From NCBI GenBank assembly GCA_964526175.1, contig CAZGIV010000002.1:1-45499 (forward strand): a stretch of 45,499 bases of DNA. Direction: 5' to 3'. The notes under the pieces are model-generated. The model was not told the DNA's origin. It searched no databases and saw nothing but the letters and a program-made list of their open reading frames with translations. The stretch comes from an uncultured Thermoplasmatales archaeon (GTDB lineage: Archaea > Thermoplasmatota > E2 > DHVEG-1). Each line of letters begins with the position of its first letter. Positions within the stretch are counted from its first letter, which is position 1. Positions 26,504 to 36,444 of the stretch are shown piece by piece. A program made the position numbers and the translations under genes.

Positions 26504-27886
26504 CTACGTATGCTCAATAAGAGATTCAACAAGGTTTTTATAGAATTTCGCGAGCTGTCCGGTTCGCTGTTTTTCTTTTGATTCAACATAGACCCTGAAA
26601 ATCGGTTCTGTACCTGATGGACGCATCAGTACCCATCCATCCTTCATGTACAGTTTTACGCCGTCAGTCCTATCGATAGTTAACACATCCTTGCTTTGCT
26701 TCATTTGTTCGGTTACCTGAGTCATGACGCGTTCTTTTTTCTCGTTTGGGCAGACTATCTTTGTTTTTAACATTTCATAGGAGGGGATCTCTGCGATAAG
26801 CTCAGAAAGTGATTTTTGTTCTTTTGCAAGGATTTCAAGTATTTTTACAAGGGACATCGCAGAATCTCGACAGTACTGAAACTCAGGGAAGATAAGGCCG
26901 CCGTTCTCTTCACCCCCAAACACCGCATGTTTTTCTATCATCGCACGAGCGACAATGGGGGATCCAACTTTGGTGTAGACGACGCTTCCTTTGTTCTGCC
27001 GGATAACGTCCTCAAAACAGGTAGAGGTTGTCACAGGGGTTACAGTTAGTCCTCCTCTCTTTTCCCGAGTGATGTATTTTCCTACAAGGGAGAGTGATTT
27101 GTCACCCCAGATGTAGGTTCCTTTCTCATCAATGAAGATGGCACGATCTGCGTCACCATCCAGTCCGACTCCAAGTGAGGCACCAACCTCAGGGACGGTT
27201 TGCATAAGCTCGGTCAGATTTTCTGGGATTGGTTCTGAGTGACGTCCAGGAAAGGTGCCGTCAGGTTTGCAGTTCAGCTCAGTAATCCTACACCCAAGTT
27301 TTTTTAAAATAAGAGGAGCAACTAGACTTCCTACGCCGTTTCCACAATCAAGCACAATTGAAAAACGACACTTTTTGATACGGTTGGTATCGACTGTTGA
27401 GAGAATTCCTTTACTGTAGAGATCGATAGCACCATTCCAAGTCGAAAAGGTTCCAACGCTTCTCCAGTCGGTTAGAGCGTACTGTTGTGAAAAGTATATT
27501 TGTTCGATTGCTTCTTCGACGTCTTTGGATAGTTCGGTGCCATCATCTGCAACGCCTTTGATTCCATTGAACTGTGGGGGATTATGGGACGCGGTGATAA
27601 TAACACCGGCATCAAGCTGTTTCTTTTTCACGGTATATTGTAAGGTTGGTGTTGGAACAAGACCTATGTCCTCAACATCACATCCTGTCGAAAGAAAACC
27701 TGCGGTGATCGCAGATTTCAGCAGATGGTTCGAAAGCCGGGCATCGGTCCCTATGGCACATTTCGGTGTGGGGATTGTTTGTTTCAGATAGGTGCCCCAT
27801 GCCTTTCCGATATCTAAGGCAAGCTCACCGTTCATGTCTTGATTTACGACGCCTCTGATGCCGTTGGTGCCAAAAAGCCGTGTCAT
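26504..27886 (-). CDS. Phosphohexomutase (phosphoglucosamine mutase / phosphomannomutase family)
   Basis: 460 aa. The phosphoserine loop is TASHNPPQFNGIK and the Mg site is GVGLDGDADR. Confidence 0.85.
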   Translation of the reverse strand: MTRLFGTNGIRGVVNQDMNGELALDIGKAWGTYLKQTIPTPKCAIGTDARLSNHLLKSAITAGFLSTGCDVEDIGLVPTPTLQYTVKKKQLDAGVIITASHNPPQFNGIKGVADDGTELSKDVEEAIEQIYFSQQYALTDWRSVGTFSTWNGAIDLYSKGILSTVDTNRIKKCRFSIVLDCGNGVGSLVAPLILKKLGCRITELNCKPDGTFPGRHSEPIPENLTELMQTVPEVGASLGVGLDGDADRAIFIDEKGTYIWGDKSLSLVGKYITREKRGGLTVTPVTTSTCFEDVIRQNKGSVVYTKVGSPIVARAMIEKHAVFGGEENGGLIFPEFQYCRDSAMSLVKILEILAKEQKSLSELIAEIPSYEMLKTKIVCPNEKKERVMTQVTEQMKQSKDVLTIDRTDGVKLYMKDGWVLMRPSGTEPIFRVYVESKEKQRTGQLAKFYKNLVESLIEHT

Positions 27887-27900
27887 ATGTTTTCGTACCT

Positions 27901-29298
27901 TTATGCTGTTGTTTTCATGTCTTGGATTATTTCATGTGTTTTTGTCATGAACTTTGTTGTTAACTCTTGAAGAATAGTATCGGTATCTGCCTCAGTGGTT
28001 AACCTGATAATGGGGCTTGTGTTTGAGGCACGTATCAAAACCCATCCATCTTTGAAATCAACGCGTACACCATCCATGGTGTTTACCTGCTCAAATTCTT
28101 TGACGATTTGTTGTGTAAGGCGATGGATAACATCGAATTTAATCTCATCAGGACATTCGATTTCTTCTTTATGTGTTGGATAGGTCGGGATTATTGTCAC
28201 AAGGTCATGGAAGGGTTTTTTTTCCTGTTCAATGATTTCCGCTATCTTTAAAGGAACAACGATAGCATCATCAAATAAGAAGTATTCAGGCAGAATAAGA
28301 TGCCCAGATGATTCAATCCCAAGCAGAGCGTGTTCTTGTTTTGCTTCGAGTGTCAAAAAGGTATGACCGACCTGTATCTGCTTTATACGAAATCCAAGTG
28401 GCTCAAGTTGTTCTTTAATGGATTTGGAGCATTCAACGTTTACGATGATCGTGCCTTTGTTTTTTTTCAAACCGTATTTTCCTAAGAGAATCCCTGTTTG
28501 GTCCGCGGAGAGGATCTGCCCGGTATTGTCAACGATGACCGCTCTATCTCCATCTCCGTCGAATGCCACACCGAAGTCACAGCTGTTGTTTTTGACGGCA
28601 TCAACTAAGACAGTGAGGTTTTTTGGTTTTGGGTCTGACGGACGTTTTGAGAACGTCGGGTCAGGGTCACAATAGACTGGTATCACCTGCAATCCGACTG
28701 CGGTGAAGATCTCTGGCGCAGAAAGCGTCATGCTTCCGCCACCGCAGTCGAGTGCGACTTTGAGTTTTTTCTTAAAAGTAAAATGTGAGGTGAAGAAGTT
28801 TTTATAGTCAATTCTCGCATCGACAGATTTCACCTGACCGATCATACTCCAAGATGCGAAATTAAAAGTATCACCGAGCACAAGGTCTCTAATGGCCATG
28901 AGGTTATCTTCAGGGAACCCAACACCATCACCATAGTAGAACTTGATCCCGTTCCATTCTGGGGGCAGGTGGCTTGCGGTAACAAATGCTATCAGATCAG
29001 CGTGAAGCTTTCCTCCAGTAAAGAGTGTTTGTCCGAACGATGTTGTACCAGTATGTTGGATATGAACCCCTGTCGCAGTGACACCTGCGATGAAGGCGTA
29101 TACGAGGGGAGGGCTGGATTGACGAATGTCGCTTCCAACGACAATCTGCGTTCCCTTCATGGTTTGTTTTACATATGTTCCTGCTGCAAGACCGATCTTG
29201 TAGAACACATCAGGGGAGATGTCCTTGTTGTAAAGTCCTCTGATATCATATGCACGAAATATCTGTTTTGAGATAGTGTGATTCATGATAGGGCACAT
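27901..29298 (-). CDS. Phosphohexomutase paralogue (phosphomannomutase/phosphoglucomutase family)
   Basis: 465 aa. The phosphoserine loop is TASHLPPEWNGIKF and the Mg site is GVAFDGDGDR. Confidence 0.85.
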   Translation of the reverse strand: MCPIMNHTISKQIFRAYDIRGLYNKDISPDVFYKIGLAAGTYVKQTMKGTQIVVGSDIRQSSPPLVYAFIAGVTATGVHIQHTGTTSFGQTLFTGGKLHADLIAFVTASHLPPEWNGIKFYYGDGVGFPEDNLMAIRDLVLGDTFNFASWSMIGQVKSVDARIDYKNFFTSHFTFKKKLKVALDCGGGSMTLSAPEIFTAVGLQVIPVYCDPDPTFSKRPSDPKPKNLTVLVDAVKNNSCDFGVAFDGDGDRAVIVDNTGQILSADQTGILLGKYGLKKNKGTIIVNVECSKSIKEQLEPLGFRIKQIQVGHTFLTLEAKQEHALLGIESSGHLILPEYFLFDDAIVVPLKIAEIIEQEKKPFHDLVTIIPTYPTHKEEIECPDEIKFDVIHRLTQQIVKEFEQVNTMDGVRVDFKDGWVLIRASNTSPIIRLTTEADTDTILQELTTKFMTKTHEIIQDMKTTA

Positions 29299-29339
29299 GA
29301 GGTGCCTGTTATAAAAATCTGATTACTGAACCCTTTTGC

Positions 29340-30380
29340 TTATTCTCCGATCACGTTGCCAATTTGCTTGTTTGGGTATCCTTGCGGGATCGGCTGATTC
29401 CACACAATAGCATGGTCAAGTTTTGTGTGTTTCTCAATCGTTTCATTGTCACCGATCGCGACGTTCTTTAAAATTGAATTATCGCCTATCTCAACCTGTT
29501 CGCCAATCACGCAATGATCTAAGGTAACGTTCTCTCCAATGGTGACGTGATCAAATAAAATACTGGATTCGACGGTCGTTTTTTTCCCAATGCGAACCAT
29601 GTTCCCAGCACAGGAATGTTGTAGTGTTCCTTGGATTTTGCATTGTTCTCCAGTAAGAAAAGTTTTCTTTTGCTTTTCTAAGAGAAGCGTATGGACGTTG
29701 ATGTAACTACTGATTCTTCCGACATCAATCCAGTGTCCTGGGAACCTGTAACCGAAAAATCGTCCCGTGTTCTGGATAATCTGGGGAAAAATTTGTTTTT
29801 CCATAGAGACTAGCTTACCTGGTTCGATGTAATTGAGCACTTGGGGTTCAAGGAGGTATGCTCCTGCATTGATGAGGTCGGAGGGAGCATCCTCTGCTTT
29901 TGGTTTTTCTACAAATTTGGTAATAGTCCCGTCTTTCTTGATATCGACGACACCGAACTCTGAGACGTTCTCAACAGGCCAAAGTGAAATCGTCGCAACC
30001 GATTTTTTCTTTTCATGAAATCGGAGCATCTCGGAAAGATCTAAGGAACAGATAATATCAGCATTAAGGACGAAAAACGATCCGCGAATATGCTTATCAG
30101 CAAATTTGACGGCACCACCGGTGCCAAGTGGTTCTGGTTCTTCATTGACAATGATGGTTTTTCCGAAATCATGGGCGCAGAAAAAGTCTTCAATTTGGTC
30201 TGTGCGATAGTTCACCGCGAGAATTACGGTATTGACCTTTTCCGGCAGTGTTTTAATTAAATGGGAAATCATCGGTTCGTTGAGTATGGGTAAGAGTGAT
30301 TTTGCTCTCGTAAAGGTAAATGGTCGAAGTCTGGTTCCAAAGCCTCCTGCAAGGATGATCGCCTCCATAATAATCCTCAA
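29340..30380 (-). CDS. Sugar-1-phosphate nucleotidyltransferase with C-terminal left-handed beta-helix (GlmU/ST0452-like)
   Basis: It has the LAGGFGTRLRP signature and C-terminal hexapeptide repeats (VTIGENVTLDHCVIGEQVEIGDNSILKNVAIGDN). The likely start is MEAIIL (30368). Confidence 0.8.
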   Translation of the reverse strand: MRIIMEAIILAGGFGTRLRPFTFTRAKSLLPILNEPMISHLIKTLPEKVNTVILAVNYRTDQIEDFFCAHDFGKTIIVNEEPEPLGTGGAVKFADKHIRGSFFVLNADIICSLDLSEMLRFHEKKKSVATISLWPVENVSEFGVVDIKKDGTITKFVEKPKAEDAPSDLINAGAYLLEPQVLNYIEPGKLVSMEKQIFPQIIQNTGRFFGYRFPGHWIDVGRISSYINVHTLLLEKQKKTFLTGEQCKIQGTLQHSCAGNMVRIGKKTTVESSILFDHVTIGENVTLDHCVIGEQVEIGDNSILKNVAIGDNETIEKHTKLDHAIVWNQPIPQGYPNKQIGNVIGE

Positions 30381-30506
30381 ATGTCTTGTTAAACCCTGAA
30401 ATAGTTGCTGTGTATTAAATCGTTTGTTTTTTCCGTGCTCTTCAAAGAAGCGAAAAGAATTTATATGATTATATTATTATAATTACTCATCATCTGAGGT
30501 AACCCT

Positions 30507-31436
30507 ATGAAAAATAAAATGAAACTAAGTGTAGTCGTTCTGTCATTTATCTGTGTAGTATTATTGATTACTCCAGGCTGTACTGCTGGTTTAAGCTCTC
30601 TAAGTCTGAAAAAGAAGAATATACAACCACAGGGAACTGCACAATCGCAGTATTGGGCGTTATTATTTGCAGTAGGAGTCTATGAAAACGCTCCTGATCA
30701 AGATCGCCCTGAAATGCTGCAATCCTGCGATGACCTATATAATACACTGCTGAGTTCACCCCAGTACTGGCAAACCAGTAATATCCATGTTCAGAAAGGA
30801 AGTCAATGTCTGCTGCAGAACCTCATTCATGAGTTACTCTGGCTAAGGAAAAATTCTAAAAGTGAGGATTATGTCCTTGTGTATATCACCACCCATGGAT
30901 CACAATTAAAAAAGCAGGGTGTACCCTGGGACATCCCACCAAAAGATGAGGCAGGAGGGGCAGATGAATTTCTCGTTATGTACAATGGGTTTGATCAATG
31001 GTATGGAATCATCTGGGATGATCTGTTAAACTTCTTCCTCAGTATCATTAAATGCAAAGGGCTTTGTCTCATTGTTGATAGCTGCTACAGCGGTGGATTC
31101 AATGATGCACCATTAACGACCATAGAAAAATATAGCTATACAGCAGAATCGTTCGTGAATGGATTTGTTGAAGATCTTGCTGCACCAGGAAGGGTCGTTC
31201 TGATGTCCTGTCAAGAAAACGAAGTCTCCTATGGATCGGATTTCTCTGATTTGCTTGTTAGTGGTTTCCAGGGATTAGGGGATACTACCACCTGGGGAGC
31301 TAGTGGAAATAACGATGGCATCGTTTCTGCTGAGGAGTCCTTTAGATTAGCTGAATTCTGGCTAAGTCTATTAGGTAATCAACATCCAACTATCAGTGAT
31401 GGGTACAATGGAGAATTTCCTGTTACTTATACATAA
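30507..31436 (+). CDS. Secreted caspase/legumain-fold (clan CD) cysteine peptidase-like protein
   Basis: 309 aa with an N-terminal signal-like segment (KLSVVVLSFICVVLLITPGC). The His/Cys dyad context is VLVYITTHGSQ and CLIVDSCYSGGF. Confidence 0.6.
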   Translation: MKNKMKLSVVVLSFICVVLLITPGCTAGLSSLSLKKKNIQPQGTAQSQYWALLFAVGVYENAPDQDRPEMLQSCDDLYNTLLSSPQYWQTSNIHVQKGSQCLLQNLIHELLWLRKNSKSEDYVLVYITTHGSQLKKQGVPWDIPPKDEAGGADEFLVMYNGFDQWYGIIWDDLLNFFLSIIKCKGLCLIVDSCYSGGFNDAPLTTIEKYSYTAESFVNGFVEDLAAPGRVVLMSCQENEVSYGSDFSDLLVSGFQGLGDTTTWGASGNNDGIVSAEESFRLAEFWLSLLGNQHPTISDGYNGEFPVTYT

Positions 31437-31537
31437 GTAACTTCTGAAAATACATTGGGTTTGGATGTACTGAAACATTTAAAAAGTAATAGAAATTCTG
31501 GTTGCCAAAGACACATGACGTATTTGTCTGTGCCTTT

Positions 31538-31611
31538 GGGCTCGTGGTCTAGTTGGTTATGACGTCTCCCTGACACGGAGGAGGTCTTGAGTTCGAATCT
31601 CAACGAGCCCA
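31538..31611 (+). tRNA. tRNA-Val (anticodon GAC)
   Basis: Acceptor stem is GGGCTCG/CGAGCCC. Anticodon stem is TCTCC/GGAGG with loop CTGACAC. T arm is TTGAG-TTCGAAT-CTCAA and the discriminator is A. No CCA is encoded. Confidence 0.88.
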
Positions 31612-31692
31612 CTCCGATTCCTTTTAAAAAAGACAGGATTTGGAGAATTTTTATAATGAATGGTGCGGCAATTACGTTGATTACTGAGGGGA

Positions 31693-32628
31693 TTAGTCTG
31701 TCGATGGTGTCCCTGACGTACCTTTTTTTTCAATAGGTACAATCCCTGCCATCTGTTCAGCGATAACATTTGTGATTGCCGTATGCGGGTCAATAACGTA
31801 TTTCGTATTATTCTCAAGTGAAAACTGGATCGTTTCTAATTTTTTATACATCTGCGCTTCATTTCTAAAATATTTTTGAATAGCAGTGTTTATTTTCTCG
31901 ATCTTAGCTGCTTCTGCCTCAGCAACTTTCACAATGGCCAGCGCTCTTCCTTCAGCTTCTAAAATTGCTGCTTGTTTCATTCCCTCAGCTTTTTTTATCT
32001 CTGCTCTCCGTAGACCATCTGCCTGTGTCTCAGCAGCGGTAGCATAGTCAATCGCTGCTTGTTTTTCGTTTTCCGCTTTCACCACCTTGTTCATGGTATC
32101 CTGAACGTCTTTGGGAGGATCTATCTCCTTTAACTCTGTACGAACGACCTCGATACCCCAATTCGCGGTTTCACTTCGAAGGGTACTCATCAACTCATTA
32201 TTTATCCTATTTCTATCACTATTTGCTTCGTTTAAATTAAGAGTCCCTATGATGTTACGAAGGGTTGTGCGTGCAAGATTCACAATTTGATATTTGTAAT
32301 CAAAAACATTGTATTGAGATGCTTTTACAGACTCTTCATCTATTTTCACCTTGAAATACACTTGAGCATCGACCTGTGCATTGAGCTTGTCTTTTGTAAT
32401 GATGGTCTGTGGCTCTGCATTGACCATCATTTCTGTGATGTTAATTTTTATCAATCGTTCAATGACAGGTATTATCCAAGCAAAACCAGGTTGCCGAAAC
32501 CGACTATACTTTCCTAATCGTTCAACAAGCGCCCTCTGTGTTGGTCGTACGATGCGTATTCCCATCGTGAAAAACCATACTAAGACAACTAGTAGTAATA
32601 TCCATCCTACCAATCCAAGTAAATCCAT
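31693..32628 (-). CDS. SPFH/band-7 (stomatin/prohibitin-like) membrane protein
   Basis: 311 aa. An N-terminal TM segment is followed by IVRPTQRALVERLGKY... and an Ala/Glu-rich coiled coil (AAETQADGLRRAEIKKAEG...). Confidence 0.8.
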   Translation of the reverse strand: MDLLGLVGWILLLVVLVWFFTMGIRIVRPTQRALVERLGKYSRFRQPGFAWIIPVIERLIKINITEMMVNAEPQTIITKDKLNAQVDAQVYFKVKIDEESVKASQYNVFDYKYQIVNLARTTLRNIIGTLNLNEANSDRNRINNELMSTLRSETANWGIEVVRTELKEIDPPKDVQDTMNKVVKAENEKQAAIDYATAAETQADGLRRAEIKKAEGMKQAAILEAEGRALAIVKVAEAEAAKIEKINTAIQKYFRNEAQMYKKLETIQFSLENNTKYVIDPHTAITNVIAEQMAGIVPIEKKGTSGTPSTD

Positions 32629-32771
32629 TCACCTCACCTCAGATTTGATAACAAGAGTTACTTTATTAATTCTCTTTTATGGAATAATACTTAATTTTAG
32701 GTCTGAGCATGTAAAGTATAAAAATTTTATTAACACGTTGGAAAAACGACAGCTCCGTCTAATATTCTTGT

Positions 32772-33089
32772 TTATTTCGATGTCTTTTTTAAAAACGGCC
32801 AGACATCATCAACGGTTTTCGCACTACCAATCAAGCTTTGCTTCTCCTTCCACCACTCTGTGTTCTGTATATCCTCACGACATTTTGCAAGTTTGTCTTC
32901 CGCATGATTAATCTCAACAATCTTCTGCATCGAATGAAGCGTATATTCCATATAGACAATGACATCACAGAGAACATCCATGTCCTGAGCTAGCTCAGGA
33001 TTAATCATACTTCGAATTTCCTCACCAACAAATTCAAGGGAAAACGCGGGGAATTTCCTATTCAATAAACCCATTCGACTCACCTCCAA
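32772..33089 (-). CDS. Hypothetical protein
   Basis: 105-aa ORF upstream of and co-directional with the SPFH gene. It has no recognisable motif and is not NfeD-like. Confidence 0.3.
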   Translation of the reverse strand: MEVSRMGLLNRKFPAFSLEFVGEEIRSMINPELAQDMDVLCDVIVYMEYTLHSMQKIVEINHAEDKLAKCREDIQNTEWWKEKQSLIGSAKTVDDVWPFLKKTSK

Positions 33090-33201
33090 TGACTATCAAG
33101 TATGAAATGCTCCGACAGTTTATATACTCTGTTTCCTTATAAGTTCTTGCTTCATTTCCGCATCAATAAATTGAAATAACGCTCGCTCTTTTCACCGGCC
33201 C

Positions 33202-34623
33202 GTGAAAAATAAAACACAAGAGGAAACCATTGACTCTCCGGAGCCATTGAAAAACCAGACAGAAGGCGTGAAAGCGTTATTAGGTGACCCGAAAAAAGCA
33301 CTCATAAAATTATCATGGCCAATGATTATCTCCATGACGGTTCAAACATTGTACAGTCTTGTTGACGCGATTTGGGTATCAGGCCTCGGATCAGATTCCC
33401 TTGCTGCAGTTGGATTTGTATTCCCGCTCCTGTTCATGGGGACCGCTATTGCGACCGGTCTAGGTATCGGAGGCGGCTCAGCGATTTCAAGAAAAATCGG
33501 TGCAAAAGACAAGACAGGCGTCGATAATGCCGCGGTCCACACTATTATAATTATGTTTCTCTTAGCGGCCCTTTATACAATTCCTCTGTTCGTATTTTCT
33601 GATGATATTTTCCGTGCTATCGGTGCAGGACGCACGACAGCTACTGCAGCATTGTATGCACGTATTATGTTCTCAGCAACTATTATTAGTTTTTTCGCTT
33701 TTATTGCGAATGCAATCCTCCGATCAGAAGGAGACGCAAAACGAGCAATGCTTGCAATGGTTCTTGGAGGGATTCTCAATGCGGTGTTGGATCCTATTTT
33801 TATTTATGTCCTCGGGTTAGGAGTTCCTGGTGCAGCATGGGCTTCAGTCGTCTCCATGAGTGTATCTGCATTACTTCTCTTTTACTGGCTCTTTTTAAAA
33901 CGAGACACCTATGTGGCATTTAGTTTCCGTGATTTTCATTTTGATCGTTCAATCATGAAAGACATTTTAGTCGTTGGTCTTCCTGCATCGGTGATGCAAC
34001 TTTCGATGTCAATCATGATGTTTATGATGAATATCATTATAGAAAATGTAGGTGGTATTGAAGGAGTTGCCGTGTTCTCAGCGGGATGGCGGGTGGCAAC
34101 CATGGCATCGATGCCGCTTCTTGGGATGGCGACTGCGGTGGTTTCGGTCACCGGTGCTGCGTACGGTGCCAAGGCGTATAAAAAAATTGATATCGCTCAT
34201 TTATACGCATTGAAAATCGGTATTATTATCGAAACATCAATTGGGGTAGCAACCTTTATTTTTGCACCAGTCATTGCTGCCGCATTCACGCAATCAGCAG
34301 ACACGGTCAGGTTGGGAGACGACATTACAACGTTTCTACGGATTATTTGTGTCTTTTATCCTGCAACCGCCTTTGGAATGCTGTCATCTGCGGTGTTTCA
34401 AGGAGTTGGGAAAGGAATCAACTCGTTAATTACAACCGTGTTACGTACCATCGTTTTGATTGTCCCGTTAGCTTGGATGTTTGCTGTGTTGTTTGGATGG
34501 GGGCTCATCGGTGCATGGTGGGGGTTGGTGATAGCCAACATTATCGGAGGAGCTATTACCTTTATCTGGATTAAAATCTACGTCGACAAACTTCTAAAAA
34601 GACCAGTTTCTGCGACAGGATAA
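33202..34623 (+). CDS. MATE family efflux transporter
   Basis: 473 aa with about 12 hydrophobic segments. The MATE-type N-terminus is LIKLSWPMIISMTVQTLYSLVDAIWVSGLG. Confidence 0.8.
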   Translation: MKNKTQEETIDSPEPLKNQTEGVKALLGDPKKALIKLSWPMIISMTVQTLYSLVDAIWVSGLGSDSLAAVGFVFPLLFMGTAIATGLGIGGGSAISRKIGAKDKTGVDNAAVHTIIIMFLLAALYTIPLFVFSDDIFRAIGAGRTTATAALYARIMFSATIISFFAFIANAILRSEGDAKRAMLAMVLGGILNAVLDPIFIYVLGLGVPGAAWASVVSMSVSALLLFYWLFLKRDTYVAFSFRDFHFDRSIMKDILVVGLPASVMQLSMSIMMFMMNIIIENVGGIEGVAVFSAGWRVATMASMPLLGMATAVVSVTGAAYGAKAYKKIDIAHLYALKIGIIIETSIGVATFIFAPVIAAAFTQSADTVRLGDDITTFLRIICVFYPATAFGMLSSAVFQGVGKGINSLITTVLRTIVLIVPLAWMFAVLFGWGLIGAWWGLVIANIIGGAITFIWIKIYVDKLLKRPVSATG

Positions 34624-34728
34624 CTCTTATATGACCACTGTTTTATGTACCCTGAAGTGATGAACGAACCTTTTCTGAGCCACGGTGGCGATGATGAAGA
34701 TCTTGAGTACTGAAAAAAAATCAATCTC

Positions 34729-35187
34729 TCAGATATGCTGACATAGCATATCTGCGATTTTTTCTAAAAATTTTTCATCAGTTTTGTCAAACGCAGCAGG
34801 AACATCAGAATCGATATCGATTTCACCGATTACTTTCCTTTCCTTTGTAATCGGAACGACAATCTCTGACCGGGTTGAACGAAAACAGGAAAGATATCGA
34901 TCATCCTTGGACACATCAGCGACCACCTCAATTTTTCCACTTCGTGCAGCAGACCCACAGACACCTTTCCCAATTGAGATTTTTATATGTTCTGTCGCTT
35001 GTTTTCCTGTCCATGAGCCAAGAACAAGAACGTCTCCCTTTACTAGATAGATACCCACCCAGTTGTATTTCTCAAAACTTTCATAGAGAACATCGACGAC
35101 ATCTTGTAGGATTGTTGTTGATTTGTTTTTTGTAATAATTTCTTTTATTTTTTTTTCGGTAACCCTATAATTCAAGAACATCACCAA
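34729..35187 (-). CDS. GAF domain protein, free methionine-(R)-sulfoxide reductase (MsrC/YebR)-like
   Basis: It has NWVGIYLV, GKGVCGSAARSG, VADVSKDDRYLSCFRSTRSEIVVPI and VIGEIDIDSD. The ATG at 35181 is a likely start. Confidence 0.65.
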   Translation of the reverse strand: MVMFLNYRVTEKKIKEIITKNKSTTILQDVVDVLYESFEKYNWVGIYLVKGDVLVLGSWTGKQATEHIKISIGKGVCGSAARSGKIEVVADVSKDDRYLSCFRSTRSEIVVPITKERKVIGEIDIDSDVPAAFDKTDEKFLEKIADMLCQHI

Positions 35188-35190
35188 AGC

Positions 35191-36426
35191 TCAATAATCA
35201 AGCAGACTGGTTTGTGAGTTTTTCGGGCCGAGAGGCACGGGGATGATTTCTTCATCTGATGGAAGCTCAATGGTCCCATATTTTCCTCCACCACCGGGGA
35301 TGATGATTACTTTATGGTCCCGAAACGCCTGGATAGCTGTGGTTATCGCAGGGATCGTCACCCGAGCGACCTCGTGGAGATCCGCATCGAGAAGCACGGT
35401 GATTTCAGAGCCGAATGCATTGATGAGTTCTTCCCATCGTTTCGTGACACTTTGTGTAAATGGTGTGTGTTGCCCGAGTGCTTTGGTGATAATCTCTGAG
35501 AGCGGAATGAGATAGAGATACGGTGGTCGATGTTCAGGGTGCCTTGGTTCTTTATAGGTTGCAATTTCTCTAATGCGGTCTCGTACCCCTTTTTTAATAC
35601 GTTTCCCGCAACTGCATTTCCACCGTCTTTTCACCGCTTCATCAAGTTGATAATGAGTAAAGCAGGAGATGCACGCGGACTCATTATATTTACCTTCCTG
35701 TGGTGGTAAACCGACATTTAACACAGGTTTATTCCCACCGGTTCGAAGGATTGCTTTCTTTATCTCCTCAAACGTCGGTTCATGGACCTCAAAACGGGTA
35801 AACTCTCTGGCAAGTCTAACAGGATGTGGACTATGGCAATCAGAATTTGTCAGAAAAGTGAGTCGATGAAGTTCCTGAATCGTATCAGCATAATCGGTGT
35901 CAGCGCTTAATCCAAGTTCTACAAACGAGATATACGGGGTAAGGTCACCATAACAACTCTCGAGGGACGGATGGTATGCATACATCGCCGTCCAGGGGGT
36001 GAACGCATGCGCAGGACCAATGAGTGCATCAACATCTTTTGCTAGACTTGCAAGTTCCACTCCGTTCATTTTCACGTTTGGTCGCCCGTCTGTCTCAAGG
36101 TTCTTTGATTTTGATTTGATGGTTTCTTTGAATGTTTCTATCGCAGAAAAACTGGGAAAATAGAGGAGGTGGTGGACACGAGATGCGTCCTCAACTTCTG
36201 TGCTGAGAATGAACCGGGTATGGTTCATTTCGAGTGTCCCTTCGTCGATAATAGTACAGCTTTTAATTTCTTTCAACCAATTAGCGTTCAAACAATCCCC
36301 GGTCGCCATGACATTGATTCCTTTCCGGGGTGCCTCAACAGAGAGAGAAGAAATAGTCATTCTATCGCTGGTTGCACCAGAGTACCTTGAATGAATATGC
36401 AAGTCAGCGTTGATAAGCATGGACAT
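35191..36426 (-). CDS. PHP-domain endonuclease Q-like protein (TIGR00375 family)
   Basis: 411 aa. Motifs are ADLHIHSRYS (PHP), IGPAHAFTPWTAMY and LTNSDCHSP. The zinc-finger region is CISC...WKCSCGKRIKKGVRDRI, and the C-terminus has IIPGGGGKYG. Confidence 0.65.
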   Translation of the reverse strand: MSMLINADLHIHSRYSGATSDRMTISSLSVEAPRKGINVMATGDCLNANWLKEIKSCTIIDEGTLEMNHTRFILSTEVEDASRVHHLLYFPSFSAIETFKETIKSKSKNLETDGRPNVKMNGVELASLAKDVDALIGPAHAFTPWTAMYAYHPSLESCYGDLTPYISFVELGLSADTDYADTIQELHRLTFLTNSDCHSPHPVRLAREFTRFEVHEPTFEEIKKAILRTGGNKPVLNVGLPPQEGKYNESACISCFTHYQLDEAVKRRWKCSCGKRIKKGVRDRIREIATYKEPRHPEHRPPYLYLIPLSEIITKALGQHTPFTQSVTKRWEELINAFGSEITVLLDADLHEVARVTIPAITTAIQAFRDHKVIIIPGGGGKYGTIELPSDEEIIPVPLGPKNSQTSLLDY

Positions 36427-36444
36427 CCCTTTTTCTTTGCAGGT

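Noticed and set aside
26504-29298. Two adjacent phosphohexomutase genes, considered as a recent tandem duplication.
   Set aside because: The two proteins are strongly diverged outside the catalytic loops. Paralogous PMM/PGM and GlmM-type genes next to a nucleotidyltransferase form an ordinary sugar-nucleotide pathway cluster.
31427-31817. ORFs of 61 aa and 86 aa on the minus strand.
   Set aside because: They overlap tRNA-Val and the 3' end of the SPFH gene. They have no motifs and are most likely spurious.
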